Assembly: GCA_900617105.1 (NCBI GenBank)
Contig: UYFQ01000032.1
Location: 62,001 to 126,000, forward strand
Source: Hydrurus foetidus
Lineage: Eukaryota
Length of the DNA stretch: 64,000 bases
Direction of reading: 5' to 3'
Shown here: piece by piece, positions 28,965 to 40,161 of the stretch
How positions within the stretch are numbered: the first letter of the stretch is position 1
Layout of the letters: each line of letters begins with the position of its first letter
Translations under genes and position numbers: made by a program
Notes under the pieces: model-generated
Databases searched by the model: none
What the model was told of the DNA's origin: nothing
Seen by the model: only the letters and a program-made list of their open reading frames with translations

Positions 28965-29851
28965 ACCGCCACCGGGTCACGACCCGAAAAGTCTTTGGCA
29001 AACTGGTACGCCACCCGGCCGCTGCGCGAGCCGCGCTCCAGCGCCCACAACAGAGCCTCGGCACGGGCACCTGCGATACGTTCAGGCGCAATACCCAGAG
29101 AGCCCAGCCACTGGGCCACGATCTGCAGATACTCTTCCTGGTTGAAGGGGTAAAAGCTCACCCACAGGCCAAAGCGCTCGGACAACGAGATCTTCTCCTC
29201 CACGCCCTCCCCCGGATGCACCTCGCCATCGTCGGTGTGCTTGTAGGTCAGGTTCTCGGACATGTACTCGGGCAACAAATGGCGGCGGTTGCTGGTCGCA
29301 TAGATCAGCACATTGGGCGTGGCCGCAGCCACAGAGCCATCGAGTACCGACTTGAGCGCCTTGTAACCCGCTTCACCTTCGTCAAAGCTCAGATCGTCGC
29401 AAAACACGATGAACTTCTCGGGCCGCTCGGCTACCAGATCCACGATATCGGTCAGGTCCACGAGGTCGGACTTGTCGACCTCGATGAGACGCAGTCCTTG
29501 GCTCGCATAGGTATGCAGGCAGGCACGGATCAGGGAGGACTTGCCCGTGCCGCGTGCACCGGTCAGCAACACGTTATTGGCCGTCGCGCCGCGCACAAAC
29601 TGGGCGGTGTTGCGCTGGATTTTTTCCTTCTGGTCGTCTATCTCTTTCAGATCATCCAGCGACATGGCACCCACATGCTGCACGGGCGTCATCACGCCCT
29701 GGCCAGAGCGACGACGGCGGTAGCGAAAGGCAATGGATGCATTCCAGTCCGGCTGCTCCACGCCGTGCGGCAAGGAGGCCTCCACCCGGGCCATGAACAG
29801 TTCTGCACGTGCCAGAAAACTGGCCAACTCTTTGGTCAGGGTGTCAGTCAT
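28961..29851 (-). CDS. DUF815-like AAA+ ATP-binding protein
   Basis: GARGTGKSS, FCDDLSF, YATSNRRHL, RSGRVAYQF. Confidence 0.85.
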   Translation of the reverse strand: MTDTLTKELASFLARAELFMARVEASLPHGVEQPDWNASIAFRYRRRRSGQGVMTPVQHVGAMSLDDLKEIDDQKEKIQRNTAQFVRGATANNVLLTGARGTGKSSLIRACLHTYASQGLRLIEVDKSDLVDLTDIVDLVAERPEKFIVFCDDLSFDEGEAGYKALKSVLDGSVAAATPNVLIYATSNRRHLLPEYMSENLTYKHTDDGEVHPGEGVEEKISLSERFGLWVSFYPFNQEEYLQIVAQWLGSLGIAPERIAGARAEALLWALERGSRSGRVAYQFAKDFSGRDPVAV

Positions 29852-29861
29852 GGGGCGTCGC

Positions 29862-31091
29862 TCAGGAACGGTAGTCGGCGTTGATGGTGACGTATTCGTG
29901 GCTGAAATCGCAGGTCCATACCGTCTCGGTGGCAGCACCTCGGCCCAGACCCACGCGCACGGTGATTTCGCTTTGCTTCATCACGCGTTGGCCATCTTCT
30001 TCACGGTAGCTGGGGTTGCGCCCGCCGCGCGTGGCCACATGCACATCGTCCAGATGCAGCTCGATGCCCGTCTGGTCAAGATCATCAATACCGGCGTAGC
30101 CCACAGCCGCCAGAATGCGGCCCAAATTGGGGTCACTCGCGTAGAAGGCCGTCTTGACCAAAGGCGAGTGCGCAATCGCATAGGCCACCTTGCGACACTC
30201 TTCGGCAGTGCGCCCGCCTTCCACCTGCACGGTGATGAACTTGGTGGCCCCCTCGCCATCGCGCACGATGGCTTGGGCCAGCTGGCGTGCTACGCCGAGC
30301 ATGGCCGCCTGGAGCGCCTGACCATCGGCTGATTGCAAGGAGGTAATTTCGGAATTGCCGGCCTTGTTACTGGCGATCACCACCAAGGAATCGTTGGTGG
30401 AGGTATCGCCGTCCACTGTCACGCGGTTGAACGAACCCTCGGCCAATGCCAGTGACAGCTCGTGCATCACGGCTTGGCTTACACACGCGTCGGTAGCCAT
30501 AAAACCCAGCATGGTCGCCATATTGGGGCGGATCATGCCAGCGCCCTTGCTGATGCCGCTCACGCTGATGGGCTGGCCACCGATGGTGACTTGGACGCCG
30601 TACGCCTTGGGCTGGGTGTCGGTGGTCATGATGCCCTCTGCCGCCTTCAACCAGTGGTCCAGGCGCGCATCGGCAATCGCAGCATCCAGCCCAGCTTCGA
30701 TACGGTCAATCGGCAGTGGCTCCATGATCACGCCCGTGGAAAACGGCAGCACCTGCTGCGCCGAAATTCCCAGCTTGCCAGCCAAAGCCACGCAAGTGCT
30801 TTGCGCACGGGCCAGACCATCGGCACCAGTTCCCGCATTGGCATTGCCGGTGTTGATCAACAGCGCGCGCATGGACTGGCCGGAGGCCAGATGCGCACGG
30901 CACAGCTGCACCGGGGCAGCACAAAAGCGGTTGGAAGTAAACACCCCCGACACGCTAGCGCCCTCGTCCAGCAGAACCACGGTCAGGTCCTTGCGGCCCA
31001 GCTTGCGCACACCCGCTTCGGTCACACCAATGCGCACACCAGCGATGGGAAACAGGGTTGCCACATCGGGCAGGGGAAGGTTCACAGGCAT
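29862..31091 (-). CDS. argJ: Ornithine acetyltransferase ArgJ
   Basis: [41 protein letters not shown]. Confidence 0.96.
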   Translation of the reverse strand: MPVNLPLPDVATLFPIAGVRIGVTEAGVRKLGRKDLTVVLLDEGASVSGVFTSNRFCAAPVQLCRAHLASGQSMRALLINTGNANAGTGADGLARAQSTCVALAGKLGISAQQVLPFSTGVIMEPLPIDRIEAGLDAAIADARLDHWLKAAEGIMTTDTQPKAYGVQVTIGGQPISVSGISKGAGMIRPNMATMLGFMATDACVSQAVMHELSLALAEGSFNRVTVDGDTSTNDSLVVIASNKAGNSEITSLQSADGQALQAAMLGVARQLAQAIVRDGEGATKFITVQVEGGRTAEECRKVAYAIAHSPLVKTAFYASDPNLGRILAAVGYAGIDDLDQTGIELHLDDVHVATRGGRNPSYREEDGQRVMKQSEITVRVGLGRGAATETVWTCDFSHEYVTINADYRS

Positions 31092-31101
31092 GGGCGTGCT
31101 C

Positions 31102-31116
31102 TCAGGTCAGTTGGCC

Positions 31117-31149
<33 letters not shown>

Positions 31150-33855
31150 AGGGCAGGCATCGTTGCGGCCCACACGTGGCACGTCGCCAGCGCTGGGTTT
31201 CACCGTCGAGTCGTCCACCGTGGTTTGCACCTCGCCAGTCTCCGTAGGAGCGCTGTAGGTCACATTGGCAATGCTCTCGCCACGGGCTTCCATGGCATCG
31301 GCGGCCTGTTCCAGTTGTTCGTTGGACTGGATCTTCACGGTCATCAGCACCTTGGTGACTTCGTGCTTCACCGAGTCCAGCAACTGGCCAAACAGCTCGA
31401 AAGCCTCGCGCTTGTACTCTTGCTTGGGTTGCTTCTGGGCGTAGCCGCGCAGGTGGATGCCCTGACGCAAGTAATCCAGCGCGCTCAGGTGATCTCGCCA
31501 GTGACTGTCAATGCTTTGCAACAGCACCATGCGCTCAAACTGGGTGAAGTTCTCGGCACCCACCAAGTCAACCTTGACTTGGAATGCCGCATTCGCCGCG
31601 TCCACCACCGTGGCAACAACTTCCTCATCGGTGATCGAGCTAGCCTCCGTCACTTTTTTCTGCAAATCCAGCTCCAGCTGGAAGTCGTCCACCAACGCCT
31701 TTTCCAGGTTCGGCACATCCCACTGCTCTTCCACCGATTCGGCAGGCACGTACTGGCGCGCCAAGTCTTCAAACGCACCTTCGCGCAGCGAGTTGATCTG
31801 GGCGCTGAGGTCCTGTGCGTCCAGGATGGCATTGCGCTGCTGGTAGATCACCTTGCGCTGGTCGTTGGAAACATCGTCGTATTCCAAGAGCTGCTTGCGC
31901 ATGTCAAAGTTGCGCGCTTCCACCTTGCGCTGGGCACTCTCGATACTGCGCGTGACGATACCGGCTTCAATGGCCTCACCATCGGGCATCTTCAGTCGGT
32001 CCATGATGGACTTCACACGGTCACCCGCGAAAATGCGCATCAGCGAATCATCCAGGCTCAGGTAGAAGCGCGAGGAGCCGGTGTCGCCCTGGCGGCCCGA
32101 ACGGCCGCGCAGCTGGTTGTCGATACGGCGAGACTCATGGCGCTCGGTGGCAATGATGCGCAGCCCACCCAAGGCCTTGATGGCTTCGTGGTCCTGCGTC
32201 CACTGCGTGCGCACGGCCTTGAGCTTTTCTTCTTTGGCAGCGGCGTCCAGTGACTCATCGGCCTCAACCGTCTGGATGTCTCTTTCGATGTTGCCGCCCA
32301 GCACAATGTCGGTACCGCGACCAGCCATGTTGGTCGCAATCGTGATCATCTTGGCGCGACCCGCCTGGGCCACGATGTCGGCTTCGCGGGCATGCTGCTT
32401 GGCGTTCAGCACTTGGTGCGGCAGCTTCTCTTTCTCGAGCAACTGCGCAATGATTTCGGAGTTCTCAATGGACGTGGTACCCACCAGCACAGGCTGTCCG
32501 CGCTCGTAGCATTCGCGAATGTCCTTGATGGCCGCTTCATACTTCTCACGCGTAGTCTTGTACACGCGGTCCAGCTGGTCATCGCGGCGGCTGATGCGGT
32601 TGGGCGGAATCACCACCGTTTCCAAGCCGTAGATTTCCTGGAACTCGTACGCTTCGGTATCGGCCGTGCCGGTCATGCCGGAGAGCTTTCCGTAGAGGCG
32701 GAAGTAGTTCTGGAACGTGATGGAGGCCAGTGTCTGGTTCTCGGCCTGGATCTGCACGCCTTCCTTGGCTTCCACGGCCTGGTGCAAGCCATCGCTCCAG
32801 CGTCGGCCTGTCATCAGGCGGCCCGTGAACTCATCCACGATGACAATCTCGCCTTCTTGCACCACATAGTGCTGGTCACGGTGGTACAGGTGGTTAGCCC
32901 GCAGCGCTGCATACAGGTGGTGCATCAGCGTGATGTTGGCCGGGTCGTACAGCGAGGAGCCAGCAGGGATCAAGCCCAGCTCTGCAAAGATCTGCTCTGC
33001 TGATTCATGGCCCTGCTCAGTCAAGAAGACCTGGTGGCTTTTCTCGTCCAGCGTAAAGTCGCCCGGCTTGGTCACACCCTCACCCGTGCGGGGGTCGGCT
33101 TCGCCTTCCTGCTGCACCAGATTAGGGATAGCCTTGTTGATGGCGATGTACAGGTCGGTGTGGTCTTCGGCCTGGCCACTGATGATCAGAGGCGTACGCG
33201 CCTCGTCAATCAAAATGGAGTCCACCTCATCCACGATGGCGTAGTTCAGTCCGCGCTGCACGCGGTCAGCCACCTCGTAGACCATGTTGTCACGCAGGTA
33301 GTCGAATCCGTATTCGTTGTTGGTGCCGTAGGTAATGTCGGCGCGGTAGGAGGCCTGCTTGTCTTCGCGGGGCGCTTGGGGCAGGTTGATGCCCACCGTG
33401 AGGCCCAGGAAGTTGTACAGACGCCCCATCCATTTCGCATCGCGGCTGGCCAGGTAGTCGTTCACCGTGACTACGTGCACACCCTTGCCGCTGAGCGCAT
33501 TGAGGTACACCGGCAGCGTAGCGGTCAGGGTCTTTCCCTCGCCCGTACGCATTTCCGAAATTTTGCCGTTGTGCAGCGACATGCCACCCAGCAGCTGCAC
33601 ATCGAAGTGCCGCATCTTCATCACCCGTTTGGAGCCTTCGCGCACGATGGCAAAGGCTTCTGGCAGGACAGAGTCCAGCGTTTCACCCTTGGCAATGCGG
33701 TCCTTGAACTCCTGCGTCTTGACGCGCAAACCGTCGTCGGTTAACTGCTCGAACTGCGGCTCCAGCGCGTTGATCCGCGCCACCACGGAGCGGTATTGCT
33801 TGAGCAAGCGGTCATTGCGACTGCCAAAGATTTTGGTAAGGATATTGGTAGCCAT
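31102..33855 (-). CDS. secA: Preprotein translocase SecA
   Basis: [46 protein letters not shown]. Confidence 0.98.
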
Positions 33856-33997
33856 GCGTGCAAGACTGGCCTGGACCCCACCATGGGTTCGCAGAACAGC
33901 GCAGTCCTTTTTCTAGTCTGGGTGAAATGGGGGCGTTCCGGTAAAAGACAACCGCTATCGCGGACTGCCCGGCACCAGGAAAGCCAAACCCCGGATT

Positions 33998-34954
33998 TTA
34001 GCGTTGCGCGGCGGCCGCTTTGGACTGGGCCACTTGAGTCGCGGGCGGACGACGGCCCGCATCGAGAAATTTCTGCGGATCCTGGGGAACACCTTGCACC
34101 AGTACCTCGAAATGCAAATGGGGTCCGGTAGAGCGGCCCGTGGTCCCCACTTCGGCAATCTTTTGCCCGCGCTTGATCAAATCGCCCTTTTTGACGAACA
34201 CCTTTGAGGTGTGCGCATAGCGCGTGATCAGGTCGTTGCCATGGTCAATTTCAATCATATTGCCGTACTGTGAGTGGAACTCCTGCGTCACCACCACCCC
34301 GCCAGCAGCGGAATAAATCGGCGTGCCAGGTGGAGAAGGAAAGTCCAAACCGGTGTGCAAGGCCGAACGCCCGGTGATGGGATCAATGCGCCAACCAAAG
34401 GTAGAGCCCAAATTGGCATCGTGCACTGGAGCCTGGGTAGGCACCATCATTTTCTTTATTTTTTGCTCGAAGAGCCGAGACTCAATCACCGTCATCACAT
34501 CCGTGCGCTGGGTCGCCAGTAGATCCAGATCTGCCAATGTGGCATCCAGCTCCTCCAAGGTCAGATCGCGGGCACTGACCAGCGCACCGCCCCGCCCCGG
34601 TTTGATCTTGATGTCAGCCGGGTTCACGCCGGCCAGACCGGACACCCGCTCGCCCAGAGACTCAAGCTGCAGCATCTTGGCCTGCATCTCGCCCAGTTTC
34701 TTGGCAAGTACCTCTATGTTTTCGCGCATATAGCGGTCGCGCTGGGCGAATTCGTCTTTGACGACCAAGCGGACCAGCGAGCCCACAATGGGCCAACCCT
34801 CGCGCGCACCCTTTAGAAAGACCCAGTGGTACAGGCCTGCAGAAACCAGCATCAGGACGAATGACAGGCCCAACAGAGACAGAATCAACTTGGCACCACT
34901 CAAATGGAAAGCCCGGCTTTTGGCCATCCAGGCGTCCGTGATAATCACTTGCAT
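33998..34954 (-). CDS. M23 family metallopeptidase
   Basis: HTGLDF, TRYAH, STGPHLHFEV; N-terminal TM and coiled coil. Confidence 0.92.
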   Translation of the reverse strand: MQVIITDAWMAKSRAFHLSGAKLILSLLGLSFVLMLVSAGLYHWVFLKGAREGWPIVGSLVRLVVKDEFAQRDRYMRENIEVLAKKLGEMQAKMLQLESLGERVSGLAGVNPADIKIKPGRGGALVSARDLTLEELDATLADLDLLATQRTDVMTVIESRLFEQKIKKMMVPTQAPVHDANLGSTFGWRIDPITGRSALHTGLDFPSPPGTPIYSAAGGVVVTQEFHSQYGNMIEIDHGNDLITRYAHTSKVFVKKGDLIKRGQKIAEVGTTGRSTGPHLHFEVLVQGVPQDPQKFLDAGRRPPATQVAQSKAAAAQR

Positions 34955-34981
34955 TGATTCAAAACCTTTTCTCTTCCAAGC

Positions 34982-35299
34982 ATGATCCGAAACCATCGCG
35001 CCGTCACGGTGTTGCAGGCGACCCAAGAGTCGCCCACATTGGCGCGCTTGGCCAATATGGCCATGGAATCGTCAGCCCGGCTAAAGAGCCTGGAAAGCTT
35101 GATTCCGCGCGCGCTGCGTCCCGCGATCAAAGCGGGGCCGATTGATGGCCCGGTGTGGTGCCTGCTACTGGACAACAACGCTGTTGCGGCCAAAGTGCGG
35201 CAATTGCTCCCTGCAATGGAAGCGCACTTGCGCTCCAAAGGCTGGGAGGTTAACTCAATTCGGTTAAAGGTCCAAATGACGCCGACTGCCATGCGGTGA
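34982..35299 (+). CDS. Hypothetical protein, possibly DciA/DUF721-like
   Basis: LLLDNNAVAAKVRQLLP...SIRLKV pattern; next to M23-secA. Confidence 0.55.
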   Translation: MIRNHRAVTVLQATQESPTLARLANMAMESSARLKSLESLIPRALRPAIKAGPIDGPVWCLLLDNNAVAAKVRQLLPAMEAHLRSKGWEVNSIRLKVQMTPTAMR

Positions 35300-35318
35300 A
35301 TGGCAACGGGTGGGGGAA

Positions 35319-35394
35319 TGGTGCCGCTTGTCGGATTCGAACTGACGACCTACCGCTTACAAGGCGGTTGCTCTACCAACTGAGCTAAAGCGGC
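35319..35394 (-). tRNA. tRNA-Thr(UGU)
   Basis: GCCGCTTTAGCTCAGTTGGTAGAGC...CTTGTAA...GTTCGAATC...GCGGCACCA, 76 nt with CCA. Confidence 0.96.
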
Positions 35395-35444
35395 ACGGGC
35401 TGGATTCTACATCAGGCTCAGAGCGGGTTTGACGCTCAGAGCGC

Positions 35445-35921
35445 TTATTTCACACGTGTCAATGAGGGACGGCCACCGGATGGGCGTGGCGTATCCGGCC
35501 CGCCATCGTCGGGCTTGGCAGGCACAGGAACGGGCGCCAAGGCTGAGGGCTTGGGCTCCACCACCGCAGGCGTTCTGGCCACCGCCGTGCCGGGCACCGC
35601 CGACATCGGGAATGCCATGCCCTGCCCGTTCTCGCGCGCATAAATCGCCAACACCCGATGCACCGGCACCAGGATGTCGCGCGCCACACCGCCAAAACGA
35701 CCCTTGAACTCGATGAACTCATTGCCCAGCTTCAGCGCACTGGTGGCGTCAATGCTCACGTTCAGCACAATTTCGCCATCTTTGACGAATTCGTGCGGGA
35801 CGCGCACAGAGTCGTCTACCTGCACGGCTATGAAAGGCGTGAACCCGTTGTCCGTACACCATTCGTACAAAGCACGAATGAGGTACGGGCGCGTGGAGTT
35901 GGTGTCTTGTGCGTCCATCAT
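35445..35921 (-). CDS. sspB: ClpXP adaptor SspB
   Basis: RPYLIRALYEWCTDNG, YARENGQGM, RPSLTRVK. Confidence 0.93.
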   Translation of the reverse strand: MMDAQDTNSTRPYLIRALYEWCTDNGFTPFIAVQVDDSVRVPHEFVKDGEIVLNVSIDATSALKLGNEFIEFKGRFGGVARDILVPVHRVLAIYARENGQGMAFPMSAVPGTAVARTPAVVEPKPSALAPVPVPAKPDDGGPDTPRPSGGRPSLTRVK

Positions 35922-35939
35922 GGCAGTGCAGTCGCCGAA

Positions 35940-36551
35940 TTACTTGCGCATGACCTTTTCAGACGGCGTCAGCGCCTCAATGTAGGCGGGGCGCGAGAAA
36001 ATGCGCTCTGCGTACTTGAGCAGGGGCGCTGCGTTCTTGCTCAGGTCAATGCCGTAGTAGTCCAGGCGCCACAGCAGAGGAGCAATTGCCACGTCCAGCA
36101 TGGAGAAGTTCTCACCCAGCATGTACTTGTTTTTCAAGAACACGGGGGCCAGTTGCGTCAGGCGGTCGCGAATGTGGGCACGGGCTTTTTCCAGCGCCTT
36201 TTCGTTGCCCTTGGAGGCACGGGCTTCCAGAGTCACCACGTGAACGAACAATTCTTTTTCGAAGTTCAACAAGAACAGGCGCACACGGGCACGGTCCACG
36301 GGGTCGCCGGGCATCAACTGGGGGTGCGGGAAACGCTCGTCGATGTACTCATTGATGATGTTCGATTCGTACAGGATCAGGTCCCGCTCCACCAAAATCG
36401 GCACTTGCCCATAAGGGTTCATGACGCTGATGTCTTCGGGCTTGTTGTACAGATCGACATCGCGAATCTCAAAGTCCATGCCCTTCTCGAACAGCACAAA
36501 CCGGCAACGGTGGGAGAAGGGGCAGGTTGTTCCTGAATACAGCACCATCAT
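35940..36551 (-). CDS. sspA: Stringent starvation protein A
   Basis: NPYGQVP, LYESNIINEYIDERFPHPQLMP. Confidence 0.93.
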   Translation of the reverse strand: MMVLYSGTTCPFSHRCRFVLFEKGMDFEIRDVDLYNKPEDISVMNPYGQVPILVERDLILYESNIINEYIDERFPHPQLMPGDPVDRARVRLFLLNFEKELFVHVVTLEARASKGNEKALEKARAHIRDRLTQLAPVFLKNKYMLGENFSMLDVAIAPLLWRLDYYGIDLSKNAAPLLKYAERIFSRPAYIEALTPSEKVMRK

Positions 36552-36565
36552 GGCGAGAAGCTCCT

Positions 36566-36626
36566 AAAAAATCAAAAAGAGCGGGAAGCCATTTCCGCGG
36601 TTGAGCCGCGATGACATTCCCACTCT
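36566..36626 (-). terminator. Long hairpin plus T-tract between petC and sspA
   Basis: AGAGTGGGAA...TTCCCGCTCT followed by TTTTGATTTTT on minus strand. Confidence 0.55.
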
Positions 36627-36663
36627 GAAACCACCGGGACAGATGTCCCAAGTGGGAGGTAAA

Positions 36664-37417
36664 TTACTTAACGTCTTTCCAATACGTGGCATTCAAGCGC
36701 CATGCAATCAATGTGAACATACATAGGAACAGCAGCACCCACACACCCACACGAACGCGGGTGTTTTGTGCAGGCTCGCCCATCCACTGCAAGTAGCTCA
36801 CCAGATCGCCCATGCTTTGTCGTACTGCAAAGGGGTCATCAAACCAGGGGTCACTTGCTCCCAGCCTTTGAAGTTTTTCACTTCGTGACCATGCTCCATC
36901 GCCTCCTCAAACACCGGCGACGCTCGCCTTGCAATTCCCACAGCACATGCGGCATAGCTACGCTGGGGAACGCCAGGTTGTTCCAACCGGTGGCCTTGGT
37001 GTCGTCCGGGTAGTAGGTACGCAGGTACGTGTAAAGGTAATCAGCACCCGTACCGCCGGAACCGGCCCGCGAACGGGCAATCACACTGAGGTCAGGCGGG
37101 TTGGCGCCAAACCAGTCTTTGGCCTGCTTGGGATCAATCGCGGCCTTCATGGTTTCACCGACTTTTTCGGTGGTGAACAGGAGGTTGTCCTTGATCTGCT
37201 GGTCGGTCAGACCAATGTCTTTCAGGCGGTTAAAGCGCATGAACGCTGCAGAGTGGCAGTTCAGGCAGTAGTTCACAAACAGCTTGGCACCGTTTTGCAA
37301 AGAGACCATGTCATTGGTCTTGGAAGGGGCCTTGTCCCAGGCGATACCGCCGGTGTTGGCATGGGCACCAGCAACCAGGCCGAGCGCCATGGCAAGTGTC
37401 ATCAGTACTTTTTTCAT
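36664..37417 (-). CDS. petC: Cytochrome c1; at least two frameshifts in the 3' part (likely sequence error)
   Basis: YCLNCHS heme motif, PPDLSVIARSR; C-terminus YWKDVK in another frame. Confidence 0.9.
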
Positions 37418-37435
37418 CAGTCTTTTCTCCGGCGC

Positions 37436-38872
37436 TCAGTGGGCAACGTAGGTGACGCGGGATGGCACAGGCTTGGCCTCACCCAGTGCACTCCACCAAG
37501 GCATCAGCAGGAAGAAGCCGAAGTAGCCAAAGGTGAACAACTGGGACACGCGCTGCGCAACGTCCTGACCGGCCAAGCTGCCCCATATGCCAGGGGCCTG
37601 GATACCGAGGTAGCCCAGGATCACGAACATGAACACGAAGGCCCCGTAGAGGTACTTGTGCCAGTCCGGACGGTAGCGAATGGATTTGACCGGGCTGTTG
37701 TCCAGCCAAGGCAGGAAGAACAGGATGATCACAGCGCCACCCATCACCACCACGCCCCAGAACTTGGCATCGATGGAGAGCATCAACGCCGCCACGACCA
37801 CGGCCGCGCCGCCAATCAGGCCCTTGAAGATAGTGGGCATCTTGACCTTGAAGATGCCAAACGCTGCAGCGGCCAACACACTGGCTATCAGCGCATACAT
37901 CATCTCGGTGGTAATCGCGCGCAGCATCGAATAGAAGGGCGTGAAGTACCAGACCGGCGCAATGTGCGCGGGTGTCTTGAGCGGATCGGCCGGGATGAAG
38001 TTGTTGTACTCCAGGAAGTAGCCGCCTACCTCAGGTGCGAAGAAGATGATGGCGGTGAATACCATCAGGAAGATGCTGACTGCAAAGATGTCATGCACGG
38101 TGTAGTAAGGGTGGAAAGGCACGCCATCCAGAGGGTGACCCGCTGCGTCGCGAGGCGCGTCGGGGCCCTTGATTTCAACACCGTCCGGGTTGTTGGAACC
38201 CACATCGTGAAGTGCCAGCAAGTGTGCGGCCACCAGGCCCAACAGGACCAGAGGCACAGCAATTACGTGGAAGCTGAAGAAACGGTTCAGCGTAGCGTCG
38301 CCCACCACGTAGTCACCCCGGATCAGCAACGCCAGGTCAGGACCGACCAGAGGCACAGCCGCAAACAGGTTCACGATCACCTGGGCGCCCCAGTAGGACA
38401 TTTGGCCCCAAGGCAGCAGGTAGCCCATGAAGGCTTCGGCCATCAGGCACAAGAAGATGGCGCAACCGAAGATCCAGACCAGCTCACGTGGCTTGCGGTA
38501 GCTGCCGTACAACAGGCCGCGGAACATGTGCAGGTAGACCACCACAAAGAAGGCGGAGGCGCCTGTGGAGTGCATGTAGCGGATCAACCAGCCCCAAGGC
38601 ACGTCGCGCATGATGTATTCGACCGAGGCAAACGCCAAGGCAGCATCTGGCTTGTAGTGCATGACCAGGAAAATACCGGTCACGATCTGGATCACCAGCA
38701 CCAGGAGTGCCAGCGAGCCGAAGATGTACCAGAAGTTGAAGTTCTTCGGAGCGTAGTACTCCGACATGTGCACCTTATAGGCGTCAAAGGCCGTGGGAAA
38801 CCGGTTTTCAAACCAGTTCGTCACCTTTTCGCCAGCCGAGGCATTAGGAGAGATTTCCTTGAATGTCGCCAT
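37436..38872 (-). CDS. petB: Cytochrome b
   Basis: GWLIRYMHSTGAS, GYLLPWGQMSYWG, PVWY. Confidence 0.96.
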   Translation of the reverse strand: MATFKEISPNASAGEKVTNWFENRFPTAFDAYKVHMSEYYAPKNFNFWYIFGSLALLVLVIQIVTGIFLVMHYKPDAALAFASVEYIMRDVPWGWLIRYMHSTGASAFFVVVYLHMFRGLLYGSYRKPRELVWIFGCAIFLCLMAEAFMGYLLPWGQMSYWGAQVIVNLFAAVPLVGPDLALLIRGDYVVGDATLNRFFSFHVIAVPLVLLGLVAAHLLALHDVGSNNPDGVEIKGPDAPRDAAGHPLDGVPFHPYYTVHDIFAVSIFLMVFTAIIFFAPEVGGYFLEYNNFIPADPLKTPAHIAPVWYFTPFYSMLRAITTEMMYALIASVLAAAAFGIFKVKMPTIFKGLIGGAAVVVAALMLSIDAKFWGVVVMGGAVIILFFLPWLDNSPVKSIRYRPDWHKYLYGAFVFMFVILGYLGIQAPGIWGSLAGQDVAQRVSQLFTFGYFGFFLLMPWWSALGEAKPVPSRVTYVAH

Positions 38873-38883
38873 GTCTATGTTCC

Positions 38884-39498
38884 TCAGGCTTTTTTGTCTT
38901 CACCGATCAGCAGACGGCTGTCGGACAGGTACATGTGGGGTGGCACTTCAAGGTTGTCGGGTGCGGGCTTGTTCTTGAACACACGGCCGGCCAAGTCGAA
39001 GGTAGAGCCATGGCAGGGGCAGAGGAAACCACCATGCCAGTCATCGGGCAGCGAAGGCTGGGGGCCCACCTGGAACTTGTCCGACGGCGAGCAACCCAAG
39101 TGGGAGCAGATGCCTACGGCCACAAACAGCTCGGGCTTGATGGAGCGGCCTTCGTTGCGGGCGTATTCGGGGGTGAGTTCGTCGGGCTTGCGCTCAGATT
39201 TGGGGTCCGCCAGTTGGGTATCGACACCGGCGAGGGCCGCCAACTGTTCGGGCGTGCGACGCACGATCCATACGGGCTTGCCGCGCCATTCCACGGTTAT
39301 TTTTTCACCGGGCTTGATGCCGGAAATATCCACTTCCACGGCGGCGCCGGCGGCTTTTGCGCGCTCGGAGGGCTGGAAAGTGCTCACAAAAGGAATGGCA
39401 GTGGCAACACCGCCCACTGCACCGGCGCAGCTGGAAGCTATCAACCAGGTCCGTTTGCTGGAGTCGATCTTTTTGCTGTCGACAAGGGTTTCACTCAT
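38884..39498 (-). CDS. petA: Rieske iron-sulfur subunit
   Basis: CSHLGC and CPCHGS. Confidence 0.95.
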   Translation of the reverse strand: MSETLVDSKKIDSSKRTWLIASSCAGAVGGVATAIPFVSTFQPSERAKAAGAAVEVDISGIKPGEKITVEWRGKPVWIVRRTPEQLAALAGVDTQLADPKSERKPDELTPEYARNEGRSIKPELFVAVGICSHLGCSPSDKFQVGPQPSLPDDWHGGFLCPCHGSTFDLAGRVFKNKPAPDNLEVPPHMYLSDSRLLIGEDKKA

Positions 39499-39652
39499 GA
39501 GAATCCTCAATGAACATCGCTAGTTGGGGTAAGGCAGGATTGTAGCTGACGCCAGTAGGGGCATTCAACGTGGCGTTTGGCCCAAACACCGGGCTTGGGG
39601 GCCGCTTTTGTGGGTAATACTGCGGGTCTTTCAACCTCAATGGAGCCAGGCG

Positions 39653-40081
39653 ATGGGAATGATTCAGGAATTCAAGGACTTCGCGGTCAAAGGCAATGTG
39701 ATTGACTTGGCCGTGGGTGTGATCATTGGTGGCGCGTTTGGCAAGATCGTGGACTCGGTGGTCGGCGACCTGATCATGCCGCTGGTGGGCGCGGTGATTG
39801 GCAAGCTGGACTTTTCCAGCCTGTTTGTAGTGCTGGGCGCCATACCGCAGGGCACCGACGCGACGCTGGCCGGCCTGAAGAAAGCGGGCGTGCCGGTATT
39901 TGCCTATGGCAACTTCATCACCGTGGCGGTGAACTTTGCGATTCTGGCCTTCATCATTTTCCTGATGGTCAAGCAGATCAACCGCTTGAAGAAGGAAGCC
40001 CCGGCCGCCGACCCTGCCCCCGCGGTGACGTCGGAAGACGTGCTGCTGCTGCGCGAAATTCGCGACAGTCTGAAGAAGTAG
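39653..40081 (+). CDS. mscL: Large-conductance mechanosensitive channel
   Basis: [28 protein letters not shown]. Confidence 0.96.
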   Translation: MGMIQEFKDFAVKGNVIDLAVGVIIGGAFGKIVDSVVGDLIMPLVGAVIGKLDFSSLFVVLGAIPQGTDATLAGLKKAGVPVFAYGNFITVAVNFAILAFIIFLMVKQINRLKKEAPAADPAPAVTSEDVLLLREIRDSLKK

Positions 40082-40161
40082 AGCCCCCACGCTCCGCCGC
40101 TGCGCGGGTCGCTGCCCCCTCAAGGGGCTAATTTGCCTTGGGGCGGCCCGGCGGCAAATTG
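40082..40161. repeat. Multi-hairpin palindromic intergenic element between convergent mscL and pdxA
   Basis: GCCCC-CTCAA-GGGGC and AATTTGCC...GGCAAATT inverted repeats; single copy in window. Confidence 0.45.

Noticed and set aside
30355..32253. 632-aa plus-strand ORF
   Set aside because: Antisense shadow of argJ/secA in high-GC DNA; no motifs
35300..35444. tRNA-Thr as an occupied integration site
   Set aside because: No duplicated tRNA 3' end or integrase seen; flanks are core genes
36664..36990. Programmed frameshifting or pseudogenisation of petC
   Set aside because: Multiple indels with no slippery site, and petA/petB are intact; sequence error is more likely
36929..39523. 864-aa plus-strand ORF
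   Set aside because: Antisense shadow of petABC
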